From Candidatus Omnitrophota bacterium (GTDB lineage Bacteria > Omnitrophota > Gorgyraeia > Zapsychrales > Fredricksoniimonadaceae): 64,000 nucleotides of DNA. A program made the translations under genes and the position numbers. Shown here in pieces: positions 1 through 10,025 of the stretch (positions within the stretch are counted from its first letter, which is position 1; each line of letters starts with the position of its first letter). Where the stretch lies: assembly GCA_015233335.1 (NCBI GenBank), contig JADFXX010000002.1, positions 891 to 64,890 on the forward strand, in the 5' to 3' direction. The notes below the pieces were generated by a model, which saw nothing but the letters and a program-made list of their open reading frames with translations, was not told the origin of the DNA and did no database searches.

Positions 1-1316
1 TCATGAGACAAAGACAATAAGAAATTCTCTGAATAAGCATATAAGAATGAGAAGGTCAGGTCATTGTGATGATATTTGCGATAGATGGGGTCTTTCGACA
101 TGTAGACCAAGGTATCATGCATCCAGCCCATATTCCATTTCATCCCAAACCCCAAGCCCCCTACATCCGTAGGTCTGGACACCCCGCCCCAAGCGGTTGA
201 TTCTTCGGCAAACATTTGTGTGTCGGGAAAATTGCCGTAGATCACTTCGTTAAGTTTCCGCAAAAAATAAATGGCTTCTATATTTTCACGTCCGCCATAT
301 TGATTGGGAATAAATCCGTCTTTCCTTGAATAATCCAGATAAAGCATAGAGGCCACCGCATCGACACGCAAGCCATCCACATGAAACTTATCCATCCAAA
401 ACATGGCAGAAGAAATCAAAAATGCCCTTACCTCGTTACGGCCATAATTATAGATGGAACTTTTCCAGTCAGGATGATAACCTTTTCTTGGATCCGCATG
501 TTCAAAAAGATGTGTACCATCAAAATACACAAGCCCGTGACCGTCAGTGGGAAAATGTGACGGCACCCAATCCAAAAATACACCAATACCTTTCTGATGA
601 AGGCAGTCCACTAAATACATAAAATCCTGAGGAGTGCCAAAACGGGAGGTCGGAGAAAAATACCCTAAAGTCTGGTAGCCCCAGGAACCATAAAACGGAT
701 ACTCCATCACCGGCAGGAACTCGACATGAGTATAGCCCATTTCATGCAAATACTCGGGCAACGAAATGGCCAGCTCCCGATAAGTCAAAGGTCGATTTTT
801 CTCTTCGACCACCCTTTTCCAAGAACCGATATGCATTTCATAAATGGACATGGGCGCATCCAAACTGTTGTTCTTATGACGGTGTTTCATCCACCCGTCA
901 TCCTGCCACGCATAATCCAAGTCCCAGACAATAGATCCAAACGAAGGAGCCACTTCATTATAAAAAGCAAAAGGGTCCTGCTTTTCTATCTGATAAAAAT
1001 CATAATTAGAAGCGATGTAATATTTATATACCTCGCCCCGAGCCAAACCCGGAATAAATCCTTCCCAAATTCCCGAAGAATCCTGACGTAACGACAAAGG
1101 ATGTGAATTACGGTCCCAATTATTAAAATTTCCGATCACGGAAACTTTTTTGGCATTGGGCGCCCACACGGCGAAATGCACTCCGGGTTGACCATCGACA
1201 AGCATCAGATGAGCCCCCATCTTATCATAAAGCTTAAAATGGTTGCCTTCCTTAAAAAGATGGCCGTCGAGATTAGTGACCATTGAATCTATTGTCTTTA
1301 TCCCCTGTTCATTCAT
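1..1316 (-). CDS. glgB: 1,4-alpha-glucan branching enzyme (GH13 GlgB), 5' part only; gene continues past the left window edge
   Basis: Absent from the ORF track (no in-window stop). My minus-strand translation from ATG at 1316..1314 reads [101 protein letters not shown], a canonical GlgB CBM48 N-terminus. Plus-strand ORFs 422..622 and 726..1091 are antisense artefacts. Confidence 0.85.
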   Translation of the reverse strand, partial: MNEQGIKTIDSMVTNLDGHLFKEGNHFKLYDKMGAHLMLVDGQPGVHFAVWAPNAKKVSVIGNFNNWDRNSHPLSLRQDSSGIWEGFIPGLARGEVYKYYIASNYDFYQIEKQDPFAFYNEVAPSFGSIVWDLDYAWQDDGWMKHRHKNNSLDAPMSIYEMHIGSWKRVVEEKNRPLTYRELAISLPEYLHEMGYTHVEFLPVMEYPFYGSWGYQTLGYFSPTSRFGTPQDFMYLVDCLHQKGIGVFLDWVPSHFPTDGHGLVYFDGTHLFEHADPRKGYHPDWKSSIYNYGRNEVRAFLISSAMFWMDKFHVDGLRVDAVASMLYLDYSRKDGFIPNQYGGRENIEAIYFLRKLNEVIYGNFPDTQMFAEESTAWGGVSRPTDVGGLGFGMKWNMGWMHDTLVYMSKDPIYRKYHHNDLTFSFLYAYSENFLLSLSH

Positions 1317-1364
1317 AGAAAGTCATTATAACCTAAATAAGAAAATGTACAATTTTACTTCGGT

Positions 1365-3050
1365 TTATTTTACCCGATGCTGCTTCTGTTTCCATTTTTC
1401 AGAGTGATTCTTGAGCCAATCCTCACGGGCCCAGTCGATACCCACATCATGTCCTGCTTTTTCACTCTCACACCACTTATGCTTATCAATTTCCTCAATA
1501 ACCTGTGGATTATTAAGCAAATCTTTCTGGGATTTTGTAAATTCTTTAAGACCAACAGCCCGAGTCTCTTGAGGAACGCCTGCCGGCTTCACAAAACTTT
1601 GTGAAGGAACAAACGTCTTACCGCGTTCAACAGCCTCCATACCTCTTCGGCAAAGTTCACGGGCATAATCTGTCCATATCCCCTGCCCCCAATATCGAAA
1701 ACAACTTGTTTGAGACAAAAGCAAATACAACAGAGCCTCTTTGTAAGAACGGGAATTTTTATCCGCATTCTTTTGATCAAACTTCTCATGAAAAGTCGCG
1801 CTTAACCGATTAATGGGATCAAGCACCTGGTCATATCCCTTGACCCAATCACGGTCACTGGTCCACGACCCTTTATCGAGGTTAAAAGAAGAGTCTGTCT
1901 TATGAAGTTCCTGAATGGCTTTATTAGCCGCCTGAGGTTCGAATTTCTTGATCTTTTCCCAGATGCGGTGCTGAAAGATCGGCTGTACCGGTGTAAAATC
2001 GGCAGGATTGATCCCCGAATCCTGTAGAAACTCCAGATATTCCGAACCATTTAAGGCAACCGTGCCTTCTGTGGATACGCTTTGAATGGATTGCGTGTAC
2101 ATAGGGGCAAATTCATTCATCATAACCCCGCCGTTTTCTCCGTCACCAATTTGACAAACAAACGGAGGTACCAGCTTACCGCAATACTCTTTTCTGGAAA
2201 GGCCCCGCGCCTCTGATAGAGGCTGCATCTGAGCTACAAGTTTCGTGTCTGAGCCTTGAGTCTTGATTAAAACCGTAATCTCTTGAGTTTGCCCCAGAGA
2301 ATTCTTGGCAATGAGCTTATGCGGAAAATGAGGATTACCAATGCTGCGACCATTAAGATTTTCAATGGTATGTTCCTGCACCATCAGCCACTCATAACCG
2401 CATTCCTTAAGGGCTTTGACGTATTCATAACACACATCCGGATGGATAGGCAGGTGCATCTCTGGTGCGGAGAATCCCTTAATGCGCTCCTCAGCTTCTT
2501 TCCCAAAGATCGAGGCAAAATGTGAACGGAAGGCCAACATGTGAAGCTTGATATCAGGAACAGGGGTCGATGTTACAACGGAATGCGACCACATGGTCCC
2601 AAGCCATTCAACATAAGGATAATAAAATTTATCACATGTGATTTTCTTTAAATTTTCCAAAGCTTGACCTGCGTTGATCTGGCGCAGACCCCATAGCAGA
2701 TTGCCGGAATAATCCAGCATCACACGGGGACTTTTTCCTTCGTTAACTAAGTTTGGAATGATCTCGGCCAGTCGGTGGTAACACCAAAAAAACACTCCGG
2801 CATTATGATTATCCCCGATACCCTGATTTTCAAACATATGCTGCAAATTAGAGATCAGAGAAGCGCTGTGAAGGTCCCCACCGCCGGCAGGAATGGTGGG
2901 TTGATGCATATGAAGAGCGATCCCGAACGAAGATCTTACTTTGTTAAAATTAACATTTGAGCTGGCACTATAAAGCCTTCTTTTTTTTGACAAACTAAAT
3001 TCATTGTCTTGTGCATAAATGTTAGGTAAATTCTCAATGATATCTCCCAT
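1365..3050 (-). CDS. Glycoside hydrolase family 57 protein (alpha-glucan active, exact activity not assignable) with a charged, Trp-rich C-terminal tail
   Basis: 561 aa. GH57-like N-terminal motif FGIALHMHQPTIP and an internal GDGENGG region. Lies between GH13 glgB and a GH57 branching enzyme. Confidence 0.7.
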   Translation of the reverse strand: MGDIIENLPNIYAQDNEFSLSKKRRLYSASSNVNFNKVRSSFGIALHMHQPTIPAGGGDLHSASLISNLQHMFENQGIGDNHNAGVFFWCYHRLAEIIPNLVNEGKSPRVMLDYSGNLLWGLRQINAGQALENLKKITCDKFYYPYVEWLGTMWSHSVVTSTPVPDIKLHMLAFRSHFASIFGKEAEERIKGFSAPEMHLPIHPDVCYEYVKALKECGYEWLMVQEHTIENLNGRSIGNPHFPHKLIAKNSLGQTQEITVLIKTQGSDTKLVAQMQPLSEARGLSRKEYCGKLVPPFVCQIGDGENGGVMMNEFAPMYTQSIQSVSTEGTVALNGSEYLEFLQDSGINPADFTPVQPIFQHRIWEKIKKFEPQAANKAIQELHKTDSSFNLDKGSWTSDRDWVKGYDQVLDPINRLSATFHEKFDQKNADKNSRSYKEALLYLLLSQTSCFRYWGQGIWTDYARELCRRGMEAVERGKTFVPSQSFVKPAGVPQETRAVGLKEFTKSQKDLLNNPQVIEEIDKHKWCESEKAGHDVGIDWAREDWLKNHSEKWKQKQHRVK

Positions 3051-3103
3051 AGATCACCTCCCTATATGCCAACTGCCCCCCCCGATGCTCGGTCGCTTAT
3101 GAC

Positions 3104-4801
3104 CTATCGGGACATTTTTACAGATGCCTGTCTTGCCCTGTGTTGCGGGGAAACAAAATGTGTCAACTTGCGTTTTTCTAAATAATATCGAACACAGTTA
3201 ATATCCCCAAATATGTTATCCCGGGATTCAATTTCTCTCAACCAGCTTTCTTCGATCGTATCATTCTCAATATCATTCAATAATTTATGAAACCGGTTAA
3301 TATGGAGCCTGAATCTCTTTTCAGCATATGCTGTCATCGTACCGGACTTCATAATAAAAGGCCAGTCGCTGGATTCAGCTAATAGCAGTTCGCGGGCGGC
3401 CTGATTAAGGGCCCGGTAACGCAAAGAGGATTTAAATGGGTTTTTCCCAAAATTCCCTTGGATCAAATCGGAATGTTTTAAGGCCAACTCCTTCATCTGA
3501 CGGCCGGCTTCATGAAGATACGGATAAATCCAGTCGTTGGCACCTTCAAGCCAAAACTCACTAAACCCCTTATAGCCCCAACTCGAAAGGGTTGGACTTG
3601 ACATTTGAATAGTCGAATGTTCCTTCAAATATTCTGAAGGGGTGGTCATTTCAATAATATTCTGATCATAAAATATCTTCCTTGCCAAAAAATTGATCCA
3701 TTGGGGGCCTTCGAACCACCAATGACCAAATAATTCAGCATCATAGGGAGCGACAATGATCGGTTTGCGGTCCATATCGGGAAATATACTCTTTATTTGT
3801 TCCTGACGGTTAAACATAAAGTTTGCTGCATGCTCAGCAGCTTTTTTCGTTGCCAACTGCGGCTGGTAAGGTTCCTTATTTTCTGTAGGACCGGTAATTC
3901 TCCAATACTTGATCCCCGTATTGATGCGAATCCCATCCGGATGAATATAGGGTTTTATGTAATCAAAATCCAAGGTAAAACCGATATCCCGGTAATATTC
4001 CCGGTAATCATGATCTCCCGGATATCCTTCCTTGGAGCTCCATACCTGTTTCGAAGATTCCCAATCCCGTCCAAAAGCGGCAACTCCGCCGGGGCAATAG
4101 ATAGGCGCGTAAACACCGAACTGCGGCTGCGGGTCGGCATTCATGATCCCGTGAGAATCACAGAAAAAATATTTGATCCCGGCTTCATGAAGCAGATAGT
4201 CTAAACCAGGATAAAAACCGCATTCAGGAAGCCACATTCCTTGAGGGGCAACATTAAAATGCTTACGGTATTGCTCTATACCGATCTCGATCTGGGCCTT
4301 GACGGAAGATTCATTGATATTCAAATTCGGTAAAAAACCATGGGTGGCACAGCAGGCAATGATCTCAAGACTGCCTGATTCCTGAAACTTTTTAAAAGCA
4401 TGAATAAGATTTCTATCATAATGATGAATGAACAGGTCCCTTGCATCAACAAAACGGTTGTAATACATGAGAGCTAATCCCCGATATTGGGGATCATGGG
4501 AAGTGCGCTGTATTTCTTTTTGGGCCAGTTCAATAAGTCTGTTAATATGACGCTCATAGCGCCTCTGCAGTAAAGGATCGGAAAACATGTTGGCCAATGT
4601 CGGAGAAATCGACATTGTCAAACGAAAATCGACATCATCCCGTTCGAGCGATTCAAAGACCCGAATGAGAGGGATATAAGTCTCGGTCATGGCTTCAAAA
4701 AGCCAGTTCTCTTCTAAAAAGTAGTTCTCTTCCGGATGCCGAACAAACGGCAAATGGGCATGAAGGACAAGGGCCAAATAACCTTTTGGATCGTTAACCA
4801 T
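3104..4801 (-). CDS. GH57-type 1,4-alpha-glucan branching enzyme
   Basis: 565 aa. Motifs YLALVLHAHLPFVRHPE, MWLPECGF and APYDAELFGHWWFEGP match GH57 branching enzymes described from thermophiles. Confidence 0.85.
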   Translation of the reverse strand: MVNDPKGYLALVLHAHLPFVRHPEENYFLEENWLFEAMTETYIPLIRVFESLERDDVDFRLTMSISPTLANMFSDPLLQRRYERHINRLIELAQKEIQRTSHDPQYRGLALMYYNRFVDARDLFIHHYDRNLIHAFKKFQESGSLEIIACCATHGFLPNLNINESSVKAQIEIGIEQYRKHFNVAPQGMWLPECGFYPGLDYLLHEAGIKYFFCDSHGIMNADPQPQFGVYAPIYCPGGVAAFGRDWESSKQVWSSKEGYPGDHDYREYYRDIGFTLDFDYIKPYIHPDGIRINTGIKYWRITGPTENKEPYQPQLATKKAAEHAANFMFNRQEQIKSIFPDMDRKPIIVAPYDAELFGHWWFEGPQWINFLARKIFYDQNIIEMTTPSEYLKEHSTIQMSSPTLSSWGYKGFSEFWLEGANDWIYPYLHEAGRQMKELALKHSDLIQGNFGKNPFKSSLRYRALNQAARELLLAESSDWPFIMKSGTMTAYAEKRFRLHINRFHKLLNDIENDTIEESWLREIESRDNIFGDINCVRYYLEKRKLTHFVSPQHRARQASVKMSR

Positions 4802-5912
4802 GAAAATCCTTCAATAATTTTACGGAACTTCTTGTCTTTTCGCGCTCAACGCGGGTTAATATATGTCGCTCTTCAACACCGTCTGAAGATTGAGCAATAA
4901 ACTCAAAAGGGATTCCGCCGTCAGGCAGGGAATAACGTACTGAGAATGTCCCATCCGGATTTAATTTAACCCCCTTTTGATTAAGTAAGACGATCGCATC
5001 AGTTTCCGTCCGACCATATACGATGAGCTCTGACCAAATTTCAAAAAAGAATTTTCTAGATTTTAACCGTTCTTCGCTGCCACCCCCTGCCTTTAAACCA
5101 GATAAACTTTCAGAGGCTCCACCACTATTTTCTGAAGCTCCCATCGAAGAGCCCGGATACGCACGTTTTAATATGTCGGGATATGTAAATCGCGGCCTGA
5201 CTTTCTTCCAAGCGACACCTTTTAACTTTCTTTTGAGAATGTCTTCCATGGAAAGGGTTTTTAGCTTCCTTCTCGCCCTTCTGGATACACGGGCAAAAAG
5301 GCTCATATAATACTCCCGGATGTCCTGGGCCGTTAGATAATAAAGTTTGGTCTTAGACGATGGTTTTCCTTTCTGGAGCTCTTTTGGTGAAAGCTGATGA
5401 ATAAGGCTTTTGGTTCGATGGGAACGGCCCTTGACATCTTCCTCGATATAGGTCTGGGCCCCTTGTTTCGCATGAATATCCTGCCATATCAAATCATTAC
5501 GATGGGAAGCTGACTTAGGGGGCGTATGCGCTCGATTGGACTGTCCGATTGGCACGAAAAGATTAAAACCAGAACTTACGCCCAGTTGTGCACAATAATC
5601 CGCATTATCCTGCCATACATGAACATACCAATTCTTTGTTGAATAACCTACATCAAGGTCCCAAGTATGATTCGCATTCAATCCGTTGAAATCAACTCCG
5701 GTAATATCATAGATACGAAGGATCAATCGGGCATTTTCGCCCTCGACACCCAGCTCACCTTGAGCACGATCAATATCCTGTTGGGTATAATCCCAGTAAG
5801 CAAAAATAAAATTGGGATCCCTCGGAATCAAGACACAATGAGTGTGTGAGGCTAAGAACGGAAGCTCTGTTGAATCAAAAACAGATTGCGACATAACAAT
5901 AGATCCTAACAA
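4794..5912 (-). CDS. DUF4912 domain protein (glucan-cluster associated, function unknown)
   Basis: 372 aa. N-terminal LIPRDPNFIFAYWDY motif typical of DUF4912 and a basic low-complexity middle. It overlaps both neighbours (8 nt and 7 nt), implying translational coupling. Confidence 0.7.
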   Translation of the reverse strand: MLGSIVMSQSVFDSTELPFLASHTHCVLIPRDPNFIFAYWDYTQQDIDRAQGELGVEGENARLILRIYDITGVDFNGLNANHTWDLDVGYSTKNWYVHVWQDNADYCAQLGVSSGFNLFVPIGQSNRAHTPPKSASHRNDLIWQDIHAKQGAQTYIEEDVKGRSHRTKSLIHQLSPKELQKGKPSSKTKLYYLTAQDIREYYMSLFARVSRRARRKLKTLSMEDILKRKLKGVAWKKVRPRFTYPDILKRAYPGSSMGASENSGGASESLSGLKAGGGSEERLKSRKFFFEIWSELIVYGRTETDAIVLLNQKGVKLNPDGTFSVRYSLPDGGIPFEFIAQSSDGVEERHILTRVEREKTRSSVKLLKDFHG

Positions 5913-7072
5913 TATACATTCAACGTTTCATCGGCAATCGAATCCCATGAAAATGCTGTCTCAACGGTCAAACGACCATTATAACCCATCCACCGGGCGT
6001 GATCAAAATCATTAAAGAGGGTTGTGATTCCCCAAGCCATAGATTTAGGATTATCCTGAATTTTTAAACCATTGACATCATGCCAAATAATTTCATCGGG
6101 GCCTCCATTGGTGGTGGCCACCACCGGCTTTCCGGCACTCCAAGCTTCAAGAATAACAATCCCAAAAGGCTCATTACGGCTGGGAACACATACGCAATCG
6201 GTCGACTTAAAAAGATCTCTTAGCCCCCATGAATTTTTTTTGCCTAAAAACCGTGTCGCGTGAGACACTCCCATGCTCTGGGCCTGCCCTTCGACATCAG
6301 AACGCATTTCCCCATCACCCGCAAAAACAAACTTTGCATTAGGATAATGCCTTAAAACATCCGGTATCGCGCTGATGAGCAAATCCGGACCTTTCTGGTA
6401 GACGATGCGGCCGACAATAAGCACCATCGGATCCATGGGACCGATCCCATACTGACGCCGGACATCCCCGGGGTCGACCCAATGGTCAAAATCAGAACAA
6501 CGAATACCATTATAGACAACATCTGCTTTAGATTCAGGAATGCTGTATATCCACATGGCCTCATTTTTTAAGGCGCTGGATACGGTGATCACATGGTCGC
6601 TGCAATAGGTCCCAAGCCACTCCAGGTGACGGATACGCTGAGAATTGCCTCCAAAGAAATTATTACCGCAACGGCCATACTCCGTTGAATGAAGAGTAAA
6701 AATGGTCCTGTGGTGCCGGGCTTTGTTGATCCATTCAATAGCCTGGGCCGTTAACCAGTCATGTCCGTGGATCACGTCAAATGTGCCGCAATAGTTCTCT
6801 GTCGCCAGAAAAGTATCCACAAAAGAGCGGCACATGTTGGACACTTCTTCAATAAAATCAGGATTGCCGGTATAAGGACAACGGTGATAATGGACCCCGT
6901 GAATGTGTTCATAATGGGATTGATTAGAATAGGCCATGCGCGTAAATACATGAACTTCATGACCGCGACGTTCCAGAGCACAGGCAAGCTCAGTGACATG
7001 AAAGCCGATACCTCCGACAAACACTGAGTGAACAGCTTCCCAGGAAAATAATGCAATTCTCATAAATTTCAA
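5906..7072 (-). CDS. Glycosyltransferase family 4, glycogen-synthase-like (paralog 2)
   Basis: 388 aa. N-terminus IALFSWEAVHSVFVGGIGFHVTELA and C-terminal VPSRNEPFGIVILEAW (GT-B E-x7-E region). Close paralog of 7082..8245. Confidence 0.75.
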   Translation of the reverse strand: MKFMRIALFSWEAVHSVFVGGIGFHVTELACALERRGHEVHVFTRMAYSNQSHYEHIHGVHYHRCPYTGNPDFIEEVSNMCRSFVDTFLATENYCGTFDVIHGHDWLTAQAIEWINKARHHRTIFTLHSTEYGRCGNNFFGGNSQRIRHLEWLGTYCSDHVITVSSALKNEAMWIYSIPESKADVVYNGIRCSDFDHWVDPGDVRRQYGIGPMDPMVLIVGRIVYQKGPDLLISAIPDVLRHYPNAKFVFAGDGEMRSDVEGQAQSMGVSHATRFLGKKNSWGLRDLFKSTDCVCVPSRNEPFGIVILEAWSAGKPVVATTNGGPDEIIWHDVNGLKIQDNPKSMAWGITTLFNDFDHARWMGYNGRLTVETAFSWDSIADETLNVYC

Positions 7073-7081
7073 AATCCAAGT

Positions 7082-8245
7082 TTAGCTAGAATAAACATTT
7101 AACGTATGTTCAGCAATCGTGTCCCACGAATGTGCCTTTTCAACAGCCTCACGTCCTTTTTTACCCATCCATCGTGCATGTTCAAAATTGGTAAACAGCG
7201 TTCCAATGCCCCATGCAATGGAATTCGGGTTAGGAGACACCTTATAGCCTGTCACGTCATGCCACACCAACTCCGAGGGCCCCCCGTTTTCAGAGGCCAC
7301 CACCGGTTTTTCTGAGCTCCATGCTTCCAAAACAACTATGCCGAAAGGTTCATTACGGCTGGGAACACAGATGCAATCACTAGCTTTGTAAAGATCTCTC
7401 AGTCCCCAGCCATTCTGTTGTCCCACAAACCGCGTAGCATGGGCGACACCCATGTGATGAGCCCGGTGCTCAAGCTGCCCCCGCATATCTCCGTCACCGG
7501 CAAAAATAAATTTCGCATGGGAATGGTGGCGAAGTATGAACGGGATCGATTCCATCAAAATATCGGGCCCTTTTTGAGAAGTCATTCGTCCGGCAAACAA
7601 AACAGTCGGATCCATAGGCCCCATATGTAACCGTTTTTTGACGCTACCAGCATCAATAGGGGCATCGTAATGTCTAAAGTTGACCCCATTATAAATGACA
7701 CTCACCTTCCAATCCGGCAGATTATACATCCACATGATCTCACGCTTAAGGCTGTGCGAAACCGCGATCACTTTATCCGCGCAATACGTGCCATGCCTTT
7801 CATGGTCCCTTATCCTAGCTGCCCTTCCTTCATAAAAATTATTCCCGCACCGGCCATATTCAGTCGAATGCATCGTCAAAATTGATTTACGTCCCCTGCC
7901 CTGCTTGATCCACACCATCGCATTGGAAACCAGCCAATCGTGAGCATGAACGATATCAAAATGCGAACCCATATAATTCTCTACATGAAAAACCGAATTT
8001 ACCAGAGACCGGCACATACTGTTGACATCTTCAACAAAATCCGGATGACCGCTGTAAGGGACCCGATGATAATGCACCCCATCAATGCGCTCATATTGAG
8101 GGTGGTCCCAGCGTCCCATTCGTGTAAATACATGGACTTCTTGGCCGCGACGCTCAAGAGCAGAGGCCAACTCAGTAACATGAGCGCCGACACCGCCAAC
8201 GCTAATGGAATGCAAGGACTCCCAGGAAAGAATTGCGATTTTCAT
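7082..8245 (-). CDS. Glycosyltransferase family 4, glycogen-synthase-like (paralog 1)
   Basis: 387 aa. Motifs IAILSWESLHSISVGGVGAHVTELA and VPSRNEPFGIVVLEAW. Collinear with the neighbouring 388-aa paralog along its whole length. Confidence 0.75.
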   Translation of the reverse strand: MKIAILSWESLHSISVGGVGAHVTELASALERRGQEVHVFTRMGRWDHPQYERIDGVHYHRVPYSGHPDFVEDVNSMCRSLVNSVFHVENYMGSHFDIVHAHDWLVSNAMVWIKQGRGRKSILTMHSTEYGRCGNNFYEGRAARIRDHERHGTYCADKVIAVSHSLKREIMWMYNLPDWKVSVIYNGVNFRHYDAPIDAGSVKKRLHMGPMDPTVLFAGRMTSQKGPDILMESIPFILRHHSHAKFIFAGDGDMRGQLEHRAHHMGVAHATRFVGQQNGWGLRDLYKASDCICVPSRNEPFGIVVLEAWSSEKPVVASENGGPSELVWHDVTGYKVSPNPNSIAWGIGTLFTNFEHARWMGKKGREAVEKAHSWDTIAEHTLNVYSS

Positions 8246-8401
8246 CTCTAACCGATTGTTATTAAAAGGTTAATATAAAACGGAATGTGATTATAACAAA
8301 TTCTGTTAATATTACAATTCTTTTTTAAGAGGCTGAATGAATTATGAAAACCTCTTAATTGTTATAACTTCTTGAAATGAATCAAATTAGAATTGGTGTC
8401 T

Positions 8402-9997
8402 TTACAACTGCGGATCTTTGATAATCTTCTCAAAAGCATCAACAACCTTAGGGTCGAATTGCGAGCCTCTTCCCTTTTTAATAATTTTTAAGGCTTCCTG
8501 TTTGCTATAAGCTTTGCGGTAAGGACGGTCAGACACCAATGCCTGATAAACATCGGCAACAGCTACGATCCTTGCCCCAACGGGAATCTGCTCTCCTTTC
8601 AGACCGGAACAATAACCCTTGCCGTCATAACGTTCGTGATGATAGAGAATGCTGGGAATAACTCCGCTTAAGGAATGTACCGGACGGATAATTTCCGCGC
8701 CAATTTGAGGATGTTTTTGAATCTTCTTAAACTCAGTGTTCGAAAGTTTATTTTTCTTATGCAGGATTGCATCCGAAACCCCTATTTTTCCTAAATCATG
8801 CAAAACAGCAGCATGTCCCAAATCTTCAGTTTCCTGAGATGACAGCCCCAGCTTCTTAGCCATACGCTTAACCAAAACGATCAATTTCTTTGAATGATCT
8901 CCAGTAGAAGAATCTCTGGCTTCGATTGTTTTACTAAAGGCATAAATGGATTCAATAAGGGAATTGCTGATCCTTTGAGACATTTTAGAAAGTTTATTTT
9001 TTAACCTTTCAACGCTATCCGGACCGCCTTTGTTTAATTCTTGTTTAATTTCCTTCTGATATATGTCCTTGGCCGCATAAATCCTGTTACCTCCCTCTTC
9101 TTTAGCACGGGAAAGGGCGCGATCCGCAAGATCAATAAGAGCATCGTCCGTATCTGTCTGCTGATCCTCGGGGTAACTGGCAAGCCCCATACTTATTTTT
9201 AAATTAATCTTATGGCCTTTTTCATCGAAGATATGTTCGTTGATCTTCTCAAGCAGTCGGCGGCCGAATAATAATGCCCCTTCTTTATTGGTATCCATGA
9301 GCAAAAAAACAAATTCCTCACCTCCATACCGGACCACCACATCACTACCGCGGGTAAATTTCACCAAAAATTGCCCAAAGCTGTTTAAAATAAAATCCCC
9401 ATACTGATGTCCATAAACATCGTTAATGGACTTAAAATAATCAATATCCATCATAATAATGGAGATCGGTGAGGCGTGACGTTTAGACCGGCTTAATTCC
9501 TTTTCCAGACGTCTTTTTAAATAGCGGTAATTATAAAGCCCTGTGTGCGGGTCGATCAGACTAAGATCCTGAAGCTGCTTTAATAAATAACGATTCTGGG
9601 CTGTCAATAACTGCATCCGAAGGGCTTTTTGAATGGTCAATTTTAGTTCAACAGGGTTAAGTGGTTTTTGTAAATAAGCAAAAGCCCCCTCATTTAAGGC
9701 TATAACAGCTGTTTCCAGGGAAGCAAAAGCTGTTATGATAATAACAGTCGTATCAGGATGAGGAGCTTTGACTGCCTTTAAAACATCCAGCCCTGACCCA
9801 TCCAGTAGTTTTAAATCCGCCAAAACAATATTATAAAACTTCTCAGCAATTTTTAACTTAGCCGCAGCAACCGTTTCAGCCCTTGCAATACTGTACCCAT
9901 CCTCCTTTAGAATGTCGTACAAAGTCTTGCTCATCTGAAGATTGTCTTCAACGATCAAGATCGAAGTCTCATTGCCCTTAGGTAGCTTACGCCTCAT
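8402..9997 (-). CDS. Response regulator with REC, GGDEF and HD-GYP domains (c-di-GMP synthesis/hydrolysis)
   Basis: 531 aa. REC: ILIVEDN...VLADLKL. GGDEF: RGSDVVVRYGGEEF, i.e. an RxxD I-site 5 aa before GGEEF. HD-GYP: HDLGKIGV ... HHERYDGKGYCSG (GYC variant). Confidence 0.85.
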   Translation of the reverse strand: MRRKLPKGNETSILIVEDNLQMSKTLYDILKEDGYSIARAETVAAAKLKIAEKFYNIVLADLKLLDGSGLDVLKAVKAPHPDTTVIIITAFASLETAVIALNEGAFAYLQKPLNPVELKLTIQKALRMQLLTAQNRYLLKQLQDLSLIDPHTGLYNYRYLKRRLEKELSRSKRHASPISIIMMDIDYFKSINDVYGHQYGDFILNSFGQFLVKFTRGSDVVVRYGGEEFVFLLMDTNKEGALLFGRRLLEKINEHIFDEKGHKINLKISMGLASYPEDQQTDTDDALIDLADRALSRAKEEGGNRIYAAKDIYQKEIKQELNKGGPDSVERLKNKLSKMSQRISNSLIESIYAFSKTIEARDSSTGDHSKKLIVLVKRMAKKLGLSSQETEDLGHAAVLHDLGKIGVSDAILHKKNKLSNTEFKKIQKHPQIGAEIIRPVHSLSGVIPSILYHHERYDGKGYCSGLKGEQIPVGARIVAVADVYQALVSDRPYRKAYSKQEALKIIKKGRGSQFDPKVVDAFEKIIKDPQL

Positions 9998-10025
9998 AGA
10001 TCAACTTTCTTTTTATAGCTCTCCC

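Noticed and set aside
422-1091. Plus-strand ORFs 422..622 and 726..1091 at the left edge, the only ORFs the track offers there
   Set aside because: The minus strand of 1..1316 translates without stops into an unmistakable GlgB N-terminus. That ORF is missing from the track only because it has no in-window stop.
8246-8401. Hairpin AAGAGG-N18-CCTCTT and inverted repeat TTATAACAAATT / AATTGTTATAA in the AT-rich gap between the GGDEF gene and the GT4 operon
   Set aside because: The hairpin has a long loop and no U-tract on the transcribed (minus) strand, so it is not a convincing terminator. The inverted repeat is AT-only and about 60 nt apart, which is plausible by chance in this composition. 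It may contain the glucan-operon promoter, but I cannot place it.
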